A stretch of 64,000 bases of DNA, from positions 4,268,201 through 4,332,200 of the forward strand of contig NC_092670.1 in NCBI RefSeq assembly GCF_964355755.1, written 5' to 3'. Source of the DNA: Antedon mediterranea. Lineage: Eukaryota > Animalia > Echinodermata. The position numbers were made by a program, and so were the translations under genes. Positions 51,001 through 56,298 of this stretch are shown here, in pieces (position 1 is the stretch's first letter; each line of letters starts with the position of its first letter). Under the pieces are notes generated by a model that was not told where the DNA came from, did not search any database, and saw only the letters and a program-made list of their open reading frames with translations.

Positions 51001-53803
51001 ACTGGGACTGGCGTGCGTGACTGGGACTGGCGTGCGTGACTGTGGGACTAGCGTGCGTGACTGGGACTGGCGTGCGTGACTGTGGGACTAGCGTGCGTGA
51101 CTGGGACTAGCGTGTTTGACTGTGGGACTAGCGTGCGTGACTGGGACTGGCGTGCGTGACTGTGGGACTAGCGTGCGTGACTGGGACTGGCGTGCGTGAC
51201 TGTGGGACTAGCGTGCGTGACTGTGGGACTAGCGTGCGTGACTGTGGGACTAGCGTGCGTGACTGGGACTGGCGTGCGTGACTGTGGGACTAGCATGCGT
51301 GACTGTGAGACTAGCGTGTTTGACTGTGGGACTTGCGTGACTGGGACTGGCGTGCGTGACTGTGGGACTAGCATGCGTGACTGTGGGATACCACGATACA
51401 GGATGTTCAATGGCAAACATTATACTGTAGTGCTATACATTGATTATCAAGGTTGTTAATATAGTAGGCGTGCTTGCATTTTCACTTTAGCTAATTAATT
51501 TTATACCCAACTATAATTTAACAAATAATTTGTTTTTTAGCCCTTAAGTTCTATTGATGGTTTCTTAGAAGAACGACTGGAACGCATTAATCATGACCTA
51601 TACAGTCAAAATCCAGAATTACGTCATTTAATAGAATCTCAAATTGATGAAGAAGATATTCAAAAACAACTGAGGTAATTATTGAAATGTATATCATGAG
51701 TTTCTTAATAGCACACATGTTGGTGGTGGTCAACTTGACATGTGATAGTTAATGCGGCTAAAACAATACTGTTGAATAATAAACCTTTTCTAGGAATCCT
51801 GTTTTGTTCGTACCCTGAACATAAAATAAATATTTTGGAAAAAGTGAATAACTTTTATTAAAACCACAAAATGACCTATTCAAAGTTTATTTTATACATC
51901 ATTATTCATTGTGTTTAATGGAACAATATATCTTTAAATTAAAGTAGTTTAATTTCAAGGAAATATTTAACCATTGACACTTGGAAAATATTTAACATTC
52001 TGCCTGGTACATTTAAATGGGTAATAAACTTTGACTATTGTAATGGTTGAATTGTTGAGGGTACACAAATGAGAAATCTTAAACCTCTGTCTGACCATCC
52101 ACTCATAAATTCCTGATATTTTTCCTTTTGACTGGCATAGTAACATCGCATTTTTGCAATAAATTCAATGATATTTCCTGCACATCAGAATCTTGAAAGA
52201 GATTGTCTGTTTAAATAAAGTTATCTCTAATGAAAAACCACAAACTGGTGATAGAACGAGTCTTCTCGGATAAGGACTATAAACCGTAGGTCCAGTGTAA
52301 ACATCTGGTCCATGTGCATTTTAAAGAACCTAGTATATCTTTCGATACGAGTAAGGGCTTAACCTGGTATCCGTGTACTAGTTCACACAGAGCCACTGTC
52401 ACAAACACATCATAATACTATACACTTGGCTCCTGGGAGAACAGTCTAAACAAATAAAAAATAACAATCCAATTTCCAAATAAGCTACCAAAATAATAAA
52501 GATTATAAATAACATTATGATGCGTGACTTTATGTTTATTACTTGAAAGATTTCATTTGTTAGTGTTGGTATGCTATTATTATTCTAACAGTATGTTTCA
52601 GTCTGTGTTATGTAAATATAATATTAGAGGCTTTAATTATTTTCCTTATAACTAAATTTATTTTTAATTAATTCTGTTCATATCATTAATTGTTTTCAAG
52701 AAGGGACACTGATTTCTACATTTTCATGCCGTCATGTATTTTAGTTTACACTGGTTTCTTATTCCATGAAATATGTTATTCTGCACTAACACCCATTCCT
52801 ACACTACATACATCACATTTCTTCCAATCAACTTTTTTTTTTACAGGTCCCAGCTTGAGCTTGAGATTTTCAGACAGCTACAACATGTCCGTCAGGAGGA
52901 GAACCGACAAAGGTTAGAGCAGCAGGACAGTGGCCGTGACACACAGTCTGAGCATACTGATATGCCATTTGATGATGCTGCTGTGGCTGCCATGCACCAA
53001 TATATTCCACAGGCATTTGTCAGGACTAATGCTTTCGGAACTGATTGTATGTCCATTTTAATTATTTATTTATTCCAGTAATTTGTTGAGGTCTTTTCGT
53101 AAATAAAATAAAGAATTCTTAACCAACCAGCTAAATTCACAATATAATTGATGACATTTAGACCCTTCATTAAGTACAGCCACTAGCAGTAATTTAGTAA
53201 TTAATGTTTTGATATTTTTTCCCCTCAAAAGATCAAGAGCGTAACTGGGCAAAAACCAATAAATCAAGCGGATCCAGCTCCATTGAACAATCCAGAGATG
53301 ACATTAAGTTGGAGGAGTTCACGGATGATTGGACGACAGTCAGCAGCTCCTATTCAGAACTAAAGGAAGAGTCAAGTGAATTGAGAAAAAGTCCGACATT
53401 AAAGGAACTTGAATCAGAAACGTCATTTGTTTGCCTTCATTTAGACTCTACGCAGATTGGCAGTGTCGGATCAGGGAATACAAAACTCAGAAAAAGAAAC
53501 GTCCTTCAAGATATTGTGCGTGATACTCCAGCTGCAAAGTCGGTTAATAAGACAATAAATGTTGAGGATTTTGCGATTCCAAATGCATTATTTTCTTCCC
53601 AAGAAGATCTCTTCGAAGATATTCAGGAAGAAAAGACTTCACGCACAAAGCACTCCAGAAGTGATCTGAGAAATAAACTCCGGAAGACTAAGTCACGAGG
53701 CAAAGGAAAGGGGCGTAACCGCATCGAAATAGGAGATGAATTTCTGAACGATGAATTTAGTTCTGATGATGATGTGCCTGTTGTATTTATGGGCATTTCT
53801 TAG
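2903..53803 (+). CDS. PKD1L1: Polycystin-1 family protein, PKD1L1-like (multi-exon gene, 59 coding exons in window, 5'-incomplete)
   Basis: Phase-consistent GT-AG exon chain (11,951 nt; minus 2 leading nt divisible by 3). PKD repeats (WDFGD-like), REJ, GPS CLFW..W..DGC..CRCNHLTAF, PLAT (YEITIETG..WHNNAG..PSWFL), RPP..FTRIQRL, polycystin channel (LRQVRV, Y.GGGY, WID..TR). PKD1L1-type motifs recalled from vertebrates: GIGFQK, ARQRSRYLRYARP, VDELLFRMNALS. Confidence 0.9.
7799..8124 (+). CDS. PKD1L1: PKD1L1-like exon 2 (PKD repeat)
   Basis: ttctcag / aag|gtgaga; VEVENRIS..GTNLTFVWEFEDGS. Confidence 0.88.
9862..10217 (+). mobile_element. RTE-like LINE 3' fragment (dead)
   Basis: LRWIGHILRK..GRRRERG*PK C-terminal motif, in-frame stop, (GAT)n tail. 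Confidence 0.75.
11019..11220 (+). mobile_element. Deu/Nin-like SINE, 5' part with tRNA-like head
   Basis: A-box-like gtggttgagtgg, ggttcaaga, then tctcgaataaggact..ggtccagtgtacacatctgg..ttaaagaacc. Confidence 0.6.
11448..11534 (+). CDS. PKD1L1: PKD1L1-like exon 3
   Basis: tatgcag / gtg|gtaagg; NHTFTTEGVEKVKVNVSNSLGS. Confidence 0.85.
11677..12994 (+). CDS. PKD1L1: PKD1L1-like exon 4 (about 4 PKD repeats)
   Basis: Within the 454-aa ORF; IDFGDG, FRWDFGE, YAITVTANNLVS; donor g|gtaaga. Confidence 0.93.
13300..13437 (+). CDS. PKD1L1: PKD1L1-like exon 5
   Basis: ttttag / g|gtaagc; YQWTVD..YTFHTTGLFELEVLVSNL. Confidence 0.88.
13541..13697. mobile_element. Kolobok-like MITE (family K1)
   Basis: TTAA|cgatgtattgtcccc ... 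ggggacaatatatct|TTAA. Confidence 0.75.
13766..13878 (+). CDS. PKD1L1: PKD1L1-like exon 6
   Basis: ttttcag / atg|gtaaga; ATKKLSVNVEVLNTV; phases fit both neighbours. Confidence 0.83.
14420..15000 (-). mobile_element. L2/Crack-like LINE 3' fragment
   Basis: LNWLPVDLRVKQ / H.YNTR / LWNHLP..INQFKRNIRKHL ORF2 C-terminus (frameshifted), 3' UTR and (AAAT)n tail. Confidence 0.8.
15890..16070 (+). mobile_element. hAT-like MITE fragment (right TIR gttacaccactg)
   Basis: Homologous to 20425-20605, which carries the left TIR cagtggcttaac. Confidence 0.65.
16305..16926. mobile_element. PIF/Harbinger-like MITE
   Basis: TAA|gggcgcgtttatacaacac ... gtgttgtataaacacagcc|TAA. Confidence 0.75.
18120..18364 (+). 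CDS. PKD1L1: PKD1L1-like exon 7 (PKD repeat)
   Basis: tttgtag / ag|gtaaga; IEIDFGDG..FSHTYDVAGLYQVNVSA. Confidence 0.9.
18771..19460 (+). CDS. PKD1L1: PKD1L1-like exon 8 (PKD repeats)
   Basis: Within the 250-aa ORF; INYGDG, GSNIIFEWNF; donor ag|gtatat. Confidence 0.92.
19750..20117 (+). CDS. PKD1L1: PKD1L1-like exon 9
   Basis: ctttag / g|gtgaga; HTFNLPGSYNVTVSVSN, FNFGDGS. Confidence 0.92.
20425..20605 (+). mobile_element. hAT-like MITE fragment (left TIR)
   Basis: cagtggcttaacggctatg..gggggccctgagcagtgcccagaggaaaa shared with the 15890 copy. Confidence 0.65.
20674..20901 (+). CDS. PKD1L1: PKD1L1-like exon 10
   Basis: ttttcag / g|gtaatt; GSYMVTLTAFNAVS..FYWSMGD. Confidence 0.9.
21332..21451 (+). 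CDS. PKD1L1: PKD1L1-like exon 11
   Basis: tttcag / g|gtaaac; VSHKYFLAKDYTVTVTASN. Confidence 0.88.
21676..21746 (+). mobile_element. tRNA-like pseudogene / SINE head
   Basis: A-box tggtgtagtcgg and B-box ggttcaaatcc at tRNA spacing; stems degenerate. Confidence 0.5.
22024..22164. mobile_element. Family H MITE copy
   Basis: agctctgtctacactatc.. / ..atagtgtatacag..agct. Confidence 0.75.
22287..22491 (+). CDS. PKD1L1: PKD1L1-like exon 12
   Basis: ttccag / ag|gttagt; SGTDVWYDWNMGDGS. Confidence 0.88.
23067..23309 (+). CDS. PKD1L1: PKD1L1-like exon 13
   Basis: cattag / ag|gtaata; GSDLTYTWNFGDG..SHTY. Confidence 0.92.
23488..23620 (+). CDS. PKD1L1: PKD1L1-like exon 14 (last PKD repeat / REJ start)
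   Basis: ttcgtag / aag|gtaagg; TGEYVVSVEVGNSLG..ECKLP. Confidence 0.88.
24003..24112 (+). pseudogene. 5S rRNA-like sequence (SINE head / pseudogene)
   Basis: tacggctctaccacattgaaacactggttctcgtcagatcaccgaagttaagcaatgttgggcccggttagagcttggatgggagaccatctgggaatatcgggtgctgt is colinear with metazoan 5S rRNA, with substitutions and no T4 terminator. Confidence 0.85.
24003..24340 (+). mobile_element. 5S rRNA-derived SINE (SINE3-type)
   Basis: 5S-like head 24003-24112 fused to a non-5S body; the body is repeated at 358-448. Confidence 0.75.
24379..24576 (+). CDS. PKD1L1: PKD1L1-like exon 15 (REJ)
   Basis: ttacag / gaa|gtaagt; VNRSD..C..YMWTI..IPFGIY. Confidence 0.9.
25470..25657 (+). CDS. PKD1L1: PKD1L1-like exon 16 (REJ)
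   Basis: tgttag / ag|gtaagt; PLVAIIEGG..SYDPN. Confidence 0.9.
26148..26369 (+). CDS. PKD1L1: PKD1L1-like exon 17 (REJ)
   Basis: branch ctaac, tttcag / ca|gtaagt; YRWGC..FYLRVSKD. Confidence 0.9.
26752..26903 (+). CDS. PKD1L1: PKD1L1-like exon 18 (REJ)
   Basis: tttttag / a|gtgagt; VECLHC..LSLEAHCPNC..YQWTI. Confidence 0.88.
27044..27320. mobile_element. Kolobok-like MITE (family K1)
   Basis: TTAA|agatgtattgtcccc ... ggggacattacatct|TTAA; partial copies near 2295, 4352, 23030, 51930. Confidence 0.78.
27497..27604 (+). CDS. PKD1L1: PKD1L1-like exon 19 (REJ insert)
   Basis: ttacag / c|gtaagt; IRCVPPNGG; symmetric phase 1. Confidence 0.78.
28192..28472 (+). CDS. PKD1L1: PKD1L1-like exon 20 (S/T/D/E-rich insert)
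   Basis: ttttcag / ggg|gtaata; open frame STPLTPSVSTE..SPSPPAPQG. Confidence 0.8.
28621..29171. repeat. Minisatellite, 32-bp unit, about 17 near-perfect copies
   Basis: (aaaacttgccacaccttttatttgaagcctgt)n. Confidence 0.97.
29165..29450 (+). mobile_element. Helentron/HINE-type non-autonomous fragment
   Basis: aaacttgg..aaaggtcaaggtcac..ggtttgcactctg..tctaggtt; similar fragments at 10808-10940, 18410-18592 and 21930-22240 (minus strand). Confidence 0.5.
29480..29555 (+). CDS. PKD1L1: PKD1L1-like exon 21 (acidic)
   Basis: tgtatag / g|gtatta; DDNTDDNNDDYYDESDE; needed for phase 0 to 1. Confidence 0.75.
29775..29849 (+). CDS. PKD1L1: PKD1L1-like exon 22 (acidic, symmetric)
   Basis: weak aaag acceptor / cag|gtattt; DIGLDDYDEEEDTDIEE. 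Confidence 0.65.
30151..30363 (+). CDS. PKD1L1: PKD1L1-like exon 23 (REJ resumes)
   Basis: atcag / g|gtgatg; SLVVKGDYFNEGKTYAISVQV. Confidence 0.87.
30600..30736 (+). CDS. PKD1L1: PKD1L1-like exon 24 (REJ)
   Basis: ttacag / gaa|gtaggt; NPGLGKCTVFPSSGTELTTKFTINCVEWQDE. Confidence 0.92.
30838..32143. mobile_element. Non-autonomous Tc1/mariner (pogo/Tigger-like) element
   Basis: TA|CAGTCAACTCTCCCAATACCGGAC ... GTCCGGTATTGGGAGAGTTGACTG|TA: perfect 24-bp TIR with TA TSD; no transposase ORF. Confidence 0.9.
32254..32878. mobile_element. Kolobok-like MITE (family K2)
   Basis: TTAA|agccccattccctac ... gcagggaaggggtct|TTAA. Confidence 0.78.
33042..33171 (+). CDS. PKD1L1: PKD1L1-like exon 25 (REJ)
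   Basis: atacag / g|gtaatt; HLPLYYE..FTLPSG. Confidence 0.9.
33581..33692 (+). CDS. PKD1L1: PKD1L1-like exon 26
   Basis: cttgtag / tt|gtaagt; YIHIAIIDHRGG. Confidence 0.87.
34979..35133. mobile_element. Family H MITE copy
   Basis: TTA|agctctatctacactatc.. / ..gatagtgtagacagagca|TTA. Confidence 0.78.
35353..35490. mobile_element. Small Harbinger-like MITE family H (about 140 bp)
   Basis: TTA|agctctgtctacactatcaaa ... ttgatagtgtaaacagagct|TTA; internal cccaaatatgg repeats. Confidence 0.82.
35828..35975 (+). CDS. PKD1L1: PKD1L1-like exon 27 (GAIN)
   Basis: weak acceptor cattag / tcg|gtaagt; YNKTVVAGNELQ..IAHMLNRL. Confidence 0.8.
36149..36277 (+). CDS. PKD1L1: PKD1L1-like exon 28 (GAIN)
   Basis: cttcag / gag|gtatgt; LRREIREHLL..PSE. 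Confidence 0.87.
36516..36731 (+). CDS. PKD1L1: PKD1L1-like exon 29 (GAIN)
   Basis: tttcag / aag|gtatta; LTLDAIKMATDIV. Confidence 0.87.
36846..37010 (+). mobile_element. Deu/Nin-like SINE fragment
   Basis: tcttctcagataaagactataaaccgtaggtcc..ttaaagaacc..ttcgagacgagtaggg. Confidence 0.65.
37128..37370 (+). CDS. PKD1L1: PKD1L1-like exon 30 (GAIN)
   Basis: cttcag / aag|gtaata; FTLPS..YTINPYQW. Confidence 0.88.
37433..37716 (+). mobile_element. tRNA(Gly-like)-derived SINE with tandemly amplified 5' end (24-bp unit, about 5 copies)
   Basis: (gtagtggagctgtagcttggtggt)n, then ttaacgtgcttgccttccaa..ttcaatcc, A-rich tail; antisense copy at about 48040-48185. Confidence 0.65.
37921..38040 (+). CDS. 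PKD1L1: PKD1L1-like exon 31 (GAIN)
   Basis: tttttag / gag|gtaagc; VSSLDLFTCDGKDLVVENL. Confidence 0.9.
38467..38722 (+). CDS. PKD1L1: PKD1L1-like exon 32 (GAIN)
   Basis: tcacag / g|gtaaat; MNIHEFNVT..PTPYEYD. Confidence 0.88.
39141..39272 (+). CDS. PKD1L1: PKD1L1-like exon 33 (GPS start)
   Basis: ttttcag / g|gtaaaa; GTYYLAL..ECLFWN. Confidence 0.9.
40002..40149 (+). CDS. PKD1L1: PKD1L1-like exon 34 (GPS motif)
   Basis: tttcag / at|gtgaga; WSPDGC..TSCRCNHLTAFG. Confidence 0.93.
40635..40787 (+). CDS. PKD1L1: PKD1L1-like exon 35 (TM1)
   Basis: ttgcag / ta|gtatgt; NPITFVFVLVTFGIYFVLFVYCRYADLHD. Confidence 0.92.
41146..41307 (+). CDS. PKD1L1: PKD1L1-like exon 36 (PLAT/LH2)
   Basis: ttctag / ag|gtattc; YEITIETGFRSGATSTA..FERNSRDRF. 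Confidence 0.93.
41905..42121 (+). CDS. PKD1L1: PKD1L1-like exon 37 (PLAT/LH2)
   Basis: tgttag / aag|gtatgc; LGHLTKVHIWHNNAGNSPSWFL..WLAVEEDDG. Confidence 0.93.
42590..42727 (-). mobile_element. Short 3'-end copy of the same LINE
   Basis: Near-identical to about 14425-14552. Confidence 0.8.
42984..43157 (+). CDS. PKD1L1: PKD1L1-like exon 38 (TM2)
   Basis: taacag / gag|gtattt; LWSSVFTRPPYSCFTRIQRLTVC. Confidence 0.93.
43446..43632 (+). CDS. PKD1L1: PKD1L1-like exon 39 (TM3)
   Basis: taacag / g|gtaatt; VLVGIVTALIAIPINFPIIMFFR. Confidence 0.9.
43858..43976 (+). CDS. PKD1L1: PKD1L1-like exon 40 (cytoplasmic loop)
   Basis: ttacag / aaa|gtaaat; EVRPILNEKSFE; phases fit. Confidence 0.8.
44225..44376 (+). 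CDS. PKD1L1: PKD1L1-like exon 41 (cytoplasmic loop)
   Basis: tattag / aa|gtatgt; AFDTDSGRSSQE..SSGFEE. Confidence 0.8.
44634..44843 (+). CDS. PKD1L1: PKD1L1-like exon 42 (TM4)
   Basis: ttatag / ag|gtaaat; FPHWCLYIAYALC..YLGY. Confidence 0.9.
44974..45058 (+). CDS. PKD1L1: PKD1L1-like exon 43 (TM5)
   Basis: gcatag / gtg|gtaagt; KAIYWIQSVYFSFLQCVFITQP. Confidence 0.9.
45199..45348 (+). CDS. PKD1L1: PKD1L1-like exon 44
   Basis: tttgtag / aag|gtaagc; phase 0-0 open exon. Confidence 0.87.
45365..45771. mobile_element. PIF/Harbinger-like MITE, recent
   Basis: TTA TSD; about 54-bp perfect TIR agcccggcgcacactagagctttcggctgagccaactggcacgagtaacacttg. Confidence 0.88.
46131..46249 (+). CDS. PKD1L1: PKD1L1-like exon 45
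   Basis: ttacag / aa|gtaagt; ARQRSRYLRYARP..KEKNMYAIL. Confidence 0.9.
46300..46487 (-). mobile_element. Deu/Nin-like SINE fragment (antisense)
   Basis: Reverse complement reads gtacatatctggctcgtgtgcactctaaagaac..gaagagtagggg. Confidence 0.6.
46509..46619 (+). CDS. PKD1L1: PKD1L1-like exon 46 (TM6/S1)
   Basis: tttgtag / aa|gtaagt; DVVIYSFILMCLLWMAYG. Confidence 0.9.
46754..46868 (+). CDS. PKD1L1: PKD1L1-like exon 47 (TOP domain)
   Basis: ttacag / cag|gtaagt; FTEISSVHEFWTWSQTDLLDGL. Confidence 0.92.
47221..47498 (+). CDS. PKD1L1: PKD1L1-like exon 48 (TOP domain)
   Basis: cgttag / ag|gtatat; LLGKASLRQVRV..SC..YDGGGYVVDL. Confidence 0.93.
47586..47724. mobile_element. Family H MITE copy
   Basis: agctccgtctacactatcaaact / agtttgatagtgtagacaaagct. 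Confidence 0.78.
47879..47992 (+). CDS. PKD1L1: PKD1L1-like exon 49 (TOP domain)
   Basis: ttgaag / gg|gtaggt; LQHNAWIDGQTRMVIVEFTLFN. Confidence 0.92.
48040..48185 (-). mobile_element. tRNA-derived SINE copy (same family as 37433)
   Basis: Reverse complement gtggagttgtatcttgttggttaatgtgcttgccttccagtcc..tccctaagcct..aaatgaga. Confidence 0.6.
48240..48360 (+). CDS. PKD1L1: PKD1L1-like exon 50
   Basis: ttctag / gag|gtaaat; LAEMPGTG..LYRY. Confidence 0.9.
48671..48772 (+). CDS. PKD1L1: PKD1L1-like exon 51 (S2)
   Basis: ttgcag / gag|gtaagg; RYFKSVWSWVE. Confidence 0.9.
48932..49072 (+). CDS. PKD1L1: PKD1L1-like exon 52 (S3)
   Basis: atttag / caa|gtaagt; EFVDMSFLAFWDQ. Confidence 0.9.
49348..49482 (+). 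CDS. PKD1L1: PKD1L1-like exon 53 (S4)
   Basis: tgatag / ttt|gtgagt; FVVTIKFLHLLRFN. Confidence 0.9.
49622..49846 (+). CDS. PKD1L1: PKD1L1-like exon 54 (S5-pore-S6)
   Basis: gtatag / ttg|gtaagc; AFSSVGVLLFG..HPTLWTIFYISY. Confidence 0.9.
50117..50281 (+). CDS. PKD1L1: PKD1L1-like exon 55 (end S6 / tail)
   Basis: atttag / ttg|gtaagc; AKAILCCSYRKRK. Confidence 0.87.
50452..50607 (+). CDS. PKD1L1: PKD1L1-like exon 56 (coiled-coil)
   Basis: tttcag / gag|gtttgt; EIEYQVDELLFRMNALS. Confidence 0.88.
50866..51389. repeat. GC-rich minisatellite of interspersed 19- and 21-bp units
   Basis: gactgggactggcgtgcgt / gactgtgggactagcgtgcgt. Confidence 0.95.
51541..51674 (+). CDS. PKD1L1: PKD1L1-like exon 57 (tail)
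   Basis: tttttag / ag|gtaatt; FLEERLERINHDL. Confidence 0.83.
52243..52460 (+). mobile_element. Deu/Nin-like SINE fragment
   Basis: gtcttctcggataaggactataaaccgtaggtcc..ttaaagaacc..ttcgatacgagtaaggg. Confidence 0.65.
52847..53046 (+). CDS. PKD1L1: PKD1L1-like exon 58 (tail)
   Basis: ttacag / t|gtatgt; SQLELEIFRQLQHVRQEE. Confidence 0.83.
53232..53803 (+). CDS. PKD1L1: PKD1L1-like terminal coding exon 59
   Basis: aaag acceptor in phase 1; open frame through the 164-aa ORF to TAG at 53801-53803. Confidence 0.82.
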
Positions 53804-53984
53804 ACAATAATGAATAACAATTTGTATTGTAGAATATAGTGATCTTATGATAATTTTACAAGCTGTATATTATGAAATTATGTAAATAATCTGATTGTGA
53901 TTCATGTTGAAGGATATGCTCAGGGATTTTATTAGTTTATGAATGTGTTCAAGATATATACATATTTCGTTGCTTATTTATAAT

Positions 53985-53990
53985 AATAAA
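53985..53990 (+). promoter_or_regulatory. Candidate polyadenylation signal
   Basis: First AATAAA about 180 nt after the stop; AT-rich background weakens the call. Confidence 0.4.
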
Positions 53991-54969
53991 CAAGTGTGAA
54001 TTGTTTAAAATCAATTTCTACAAAATTGAAAAGATTGACGTGCTATGTCAAATTGAATTTTTAAACAAGGTTATACCATTCCATTTTGATGTACCTATCT
54101 AAACATTATTTTGAATATATATATTGAACAATATATGTATTTTTATAACTTGTACATGCTGTATGAATTTAAATATAATCGACTGAAGCAACCATAGTGG
54201 ATATGGTTGAAACAGTTTGTTTTTTAACTTTAAAAGTCAATACTGTACAACAGTAATTTCACTGAAACTAAAGTCTGTGTCATAGACAAGGCAGCACTTG
54301 GTAAAATTTAGACTTGCCACAACTCTGTATTTATTATTCCTTTTAATGTTATTCCACCAGTCAACATTTCGATTTTTGTATATGCAAGCTCAAGCAGTAT
54401 ATGTTTAAAACGCCATATGTGCCAAAATATTTAAACTCCGTCTGGAACGCAGACTAGGTAAAATTATGTATTTATAAGTTTGGGTTAATGTTGAAATCTG
54501 ATCTATTTTATATGAAGTGATTATTTTATTTTTATTTTAAATTACTGCTATCCTTAATTTTGTATTTGTTATGTTTCCATTATTTACTATTGAAAGTAAT
54601 AACTTAGCTAGCAAAACAGTAAAAAGTCTTCACATCTCAGATAATGCCATTTAATTTGTAATTCATATAAATGTAAATCTAATTTTTATCACATTATCCT
54701 TGCATTGATTGTGTAACATTGCAATGTCATTATTATTCTTACTGTAAAAGTTCTATATAATGGTTCTAGTAAAGTTTGCATTACACCATGTGTTTCCAAA
54801 AGGAAAGCACAGACGGTTGTAGCATAACAACCAAAACGTTAAGTAAATAATGAATGTTTTTTTTTATTTTACGGGGTGCTGGGGAGAATATTTCATTTGT
54901 TGAAAGTTTGACTAATATGCTATAAATAGAACAACTGATATACTGTATATAGTGAAAAAAGGGATAATA

Positions 54970-55474
54970 GAGAGGTTTCGCAATCTTATGAATACGATAA
55001 CGAAAACGAATACGTCACGCACACGTATTCGTTTTCGTAAGCCATAAAAAAATCTGTTTCGCATGGCAACGAAATATTGAGGCGCGTCCAACATATGACT
55101 GCGGTAAATTTGAGCGAAGCGCAGGTACGTGTTGCTTGATACTTGGCTGCCTAGGCCTAGCGTAACATCAAAGCGAGTGAGGACTTTAAAAACTGCTATT
55201 TATCAAAATTGACTTGGCATTTTAGTAAATTAATTTACTAAATTACTTTCAATAAATCTATAATTATATTATAATCCTGAATCATTCCTGATTCAAATGC
55301 AAGATGTGCAAATAGATCAAAAACTATACTCGTTTTGTAGTTACGAATATGACTGGTGATATTCGTCAACACGAATACGCTTTACGAATATGAAATGGGG
55401 ATCAGCTCAAAAGTTTCACAAATGTATGACGTATTCGTTTTCGTTATCGTATTCGTAAGATTGCGAAACCTCCC
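54970..55474. mobile_element. MITE with about 47-bp TIRs (superfamily uncertain)
   Basis: TA|gagaggtttcgcaatcttatgaatacgataacgaaaacgaatacgtca ... tgacgtattcgttttcgttatcgtattcgtaagattgcgaaacctccc|TA. Confidence 0.82.
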
Positions 55475-55904
55475 TAACGTTTCTATTCAAAGCCATGTAC
55501 AATTTTGAGATCTTATTCACCAAACAAATCATGTTTTTAATTGTGGATAATGTATAGGGAATATTTTTATTCGTGGAAAAAATCCACTGTTCCATTCAAC
55601 TCAGCTCCACTTATTATTATTGGTATACTTTTTCATTGCATTATTTATTTTATGTTATTAAACTATTATAAGCAATTAGTTGTTAGAGTGGTGGTGGGGT
55701 TTCAATATTATTTTTATTTAATACACAAATTTAAAAAATTAAGACTTTGGAGTATTTATGTAAACATTTAATGAACTTATTTGTTGCCAAATTACACAAT
55801 CAAAAATCATGTTAATTATAAATGTTTTTTATGCATTGTGTATTTTCATCACTGTAACTTTTATAGTACAGTAATCGTATAATTTAAAAATGTGTGCTAT
55901 CTAA

Positions 55905-56298
55905 ATAAGTAAAATTGGTTTTCTGAATATGTCAAACTGGTTTTCTGAATAAGTCAAACTGGTTTTCAGAATAAGTCAACTGTTTTTTTTTAATAACTCA
56001 AACTGGTTTTTCTGAATAATTCAAACTGGTTTTTCTGAATAACTCAAACTGCTTTGTCTGAATAAGTAAAATTGGTTTTCTGAATAAGTCAAACTGGTTT
56101 GTGTGAATAAGTCAAACTGGTTTTCTGAATTTAAGTCAAACTGGTTTTCAGAATAAGTCAACTGGGTTTTTTTAATAACTCAAACTGGTTTTTCTTAAGA
56201 AGTCAAACTGGTTTTTCTGAATAAGTAAACTGGTTTTCCGAATAAGTCAAACTGGTTTTTCTGAATAAGTCAAACTGGTTTTTCTAAATAGTCAACTG
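55905..56298. repeat. Degenerate tandem repeat, about 22-24-bp unit
   Basis: (aaactggttttctgaataagtc)n. Confidence 0.9.

Noticed and set aside
51168-51459. Repetitive ORFs (VTHASPT / TVGLAC)
   Set aside because: They are translations of the 19/21-bp minisatellite.
2903-53803. Calling the gene PKD1 or a sperm REJ protein
   Set aside because: The PKD-repeat number fits PKD1, but post-PLAT, pre-S1 and tail motifs fit PKD1L1 better. A tree is still needed, and the N-terminus (LRR/WSC/C-type lectin) is outside the window.
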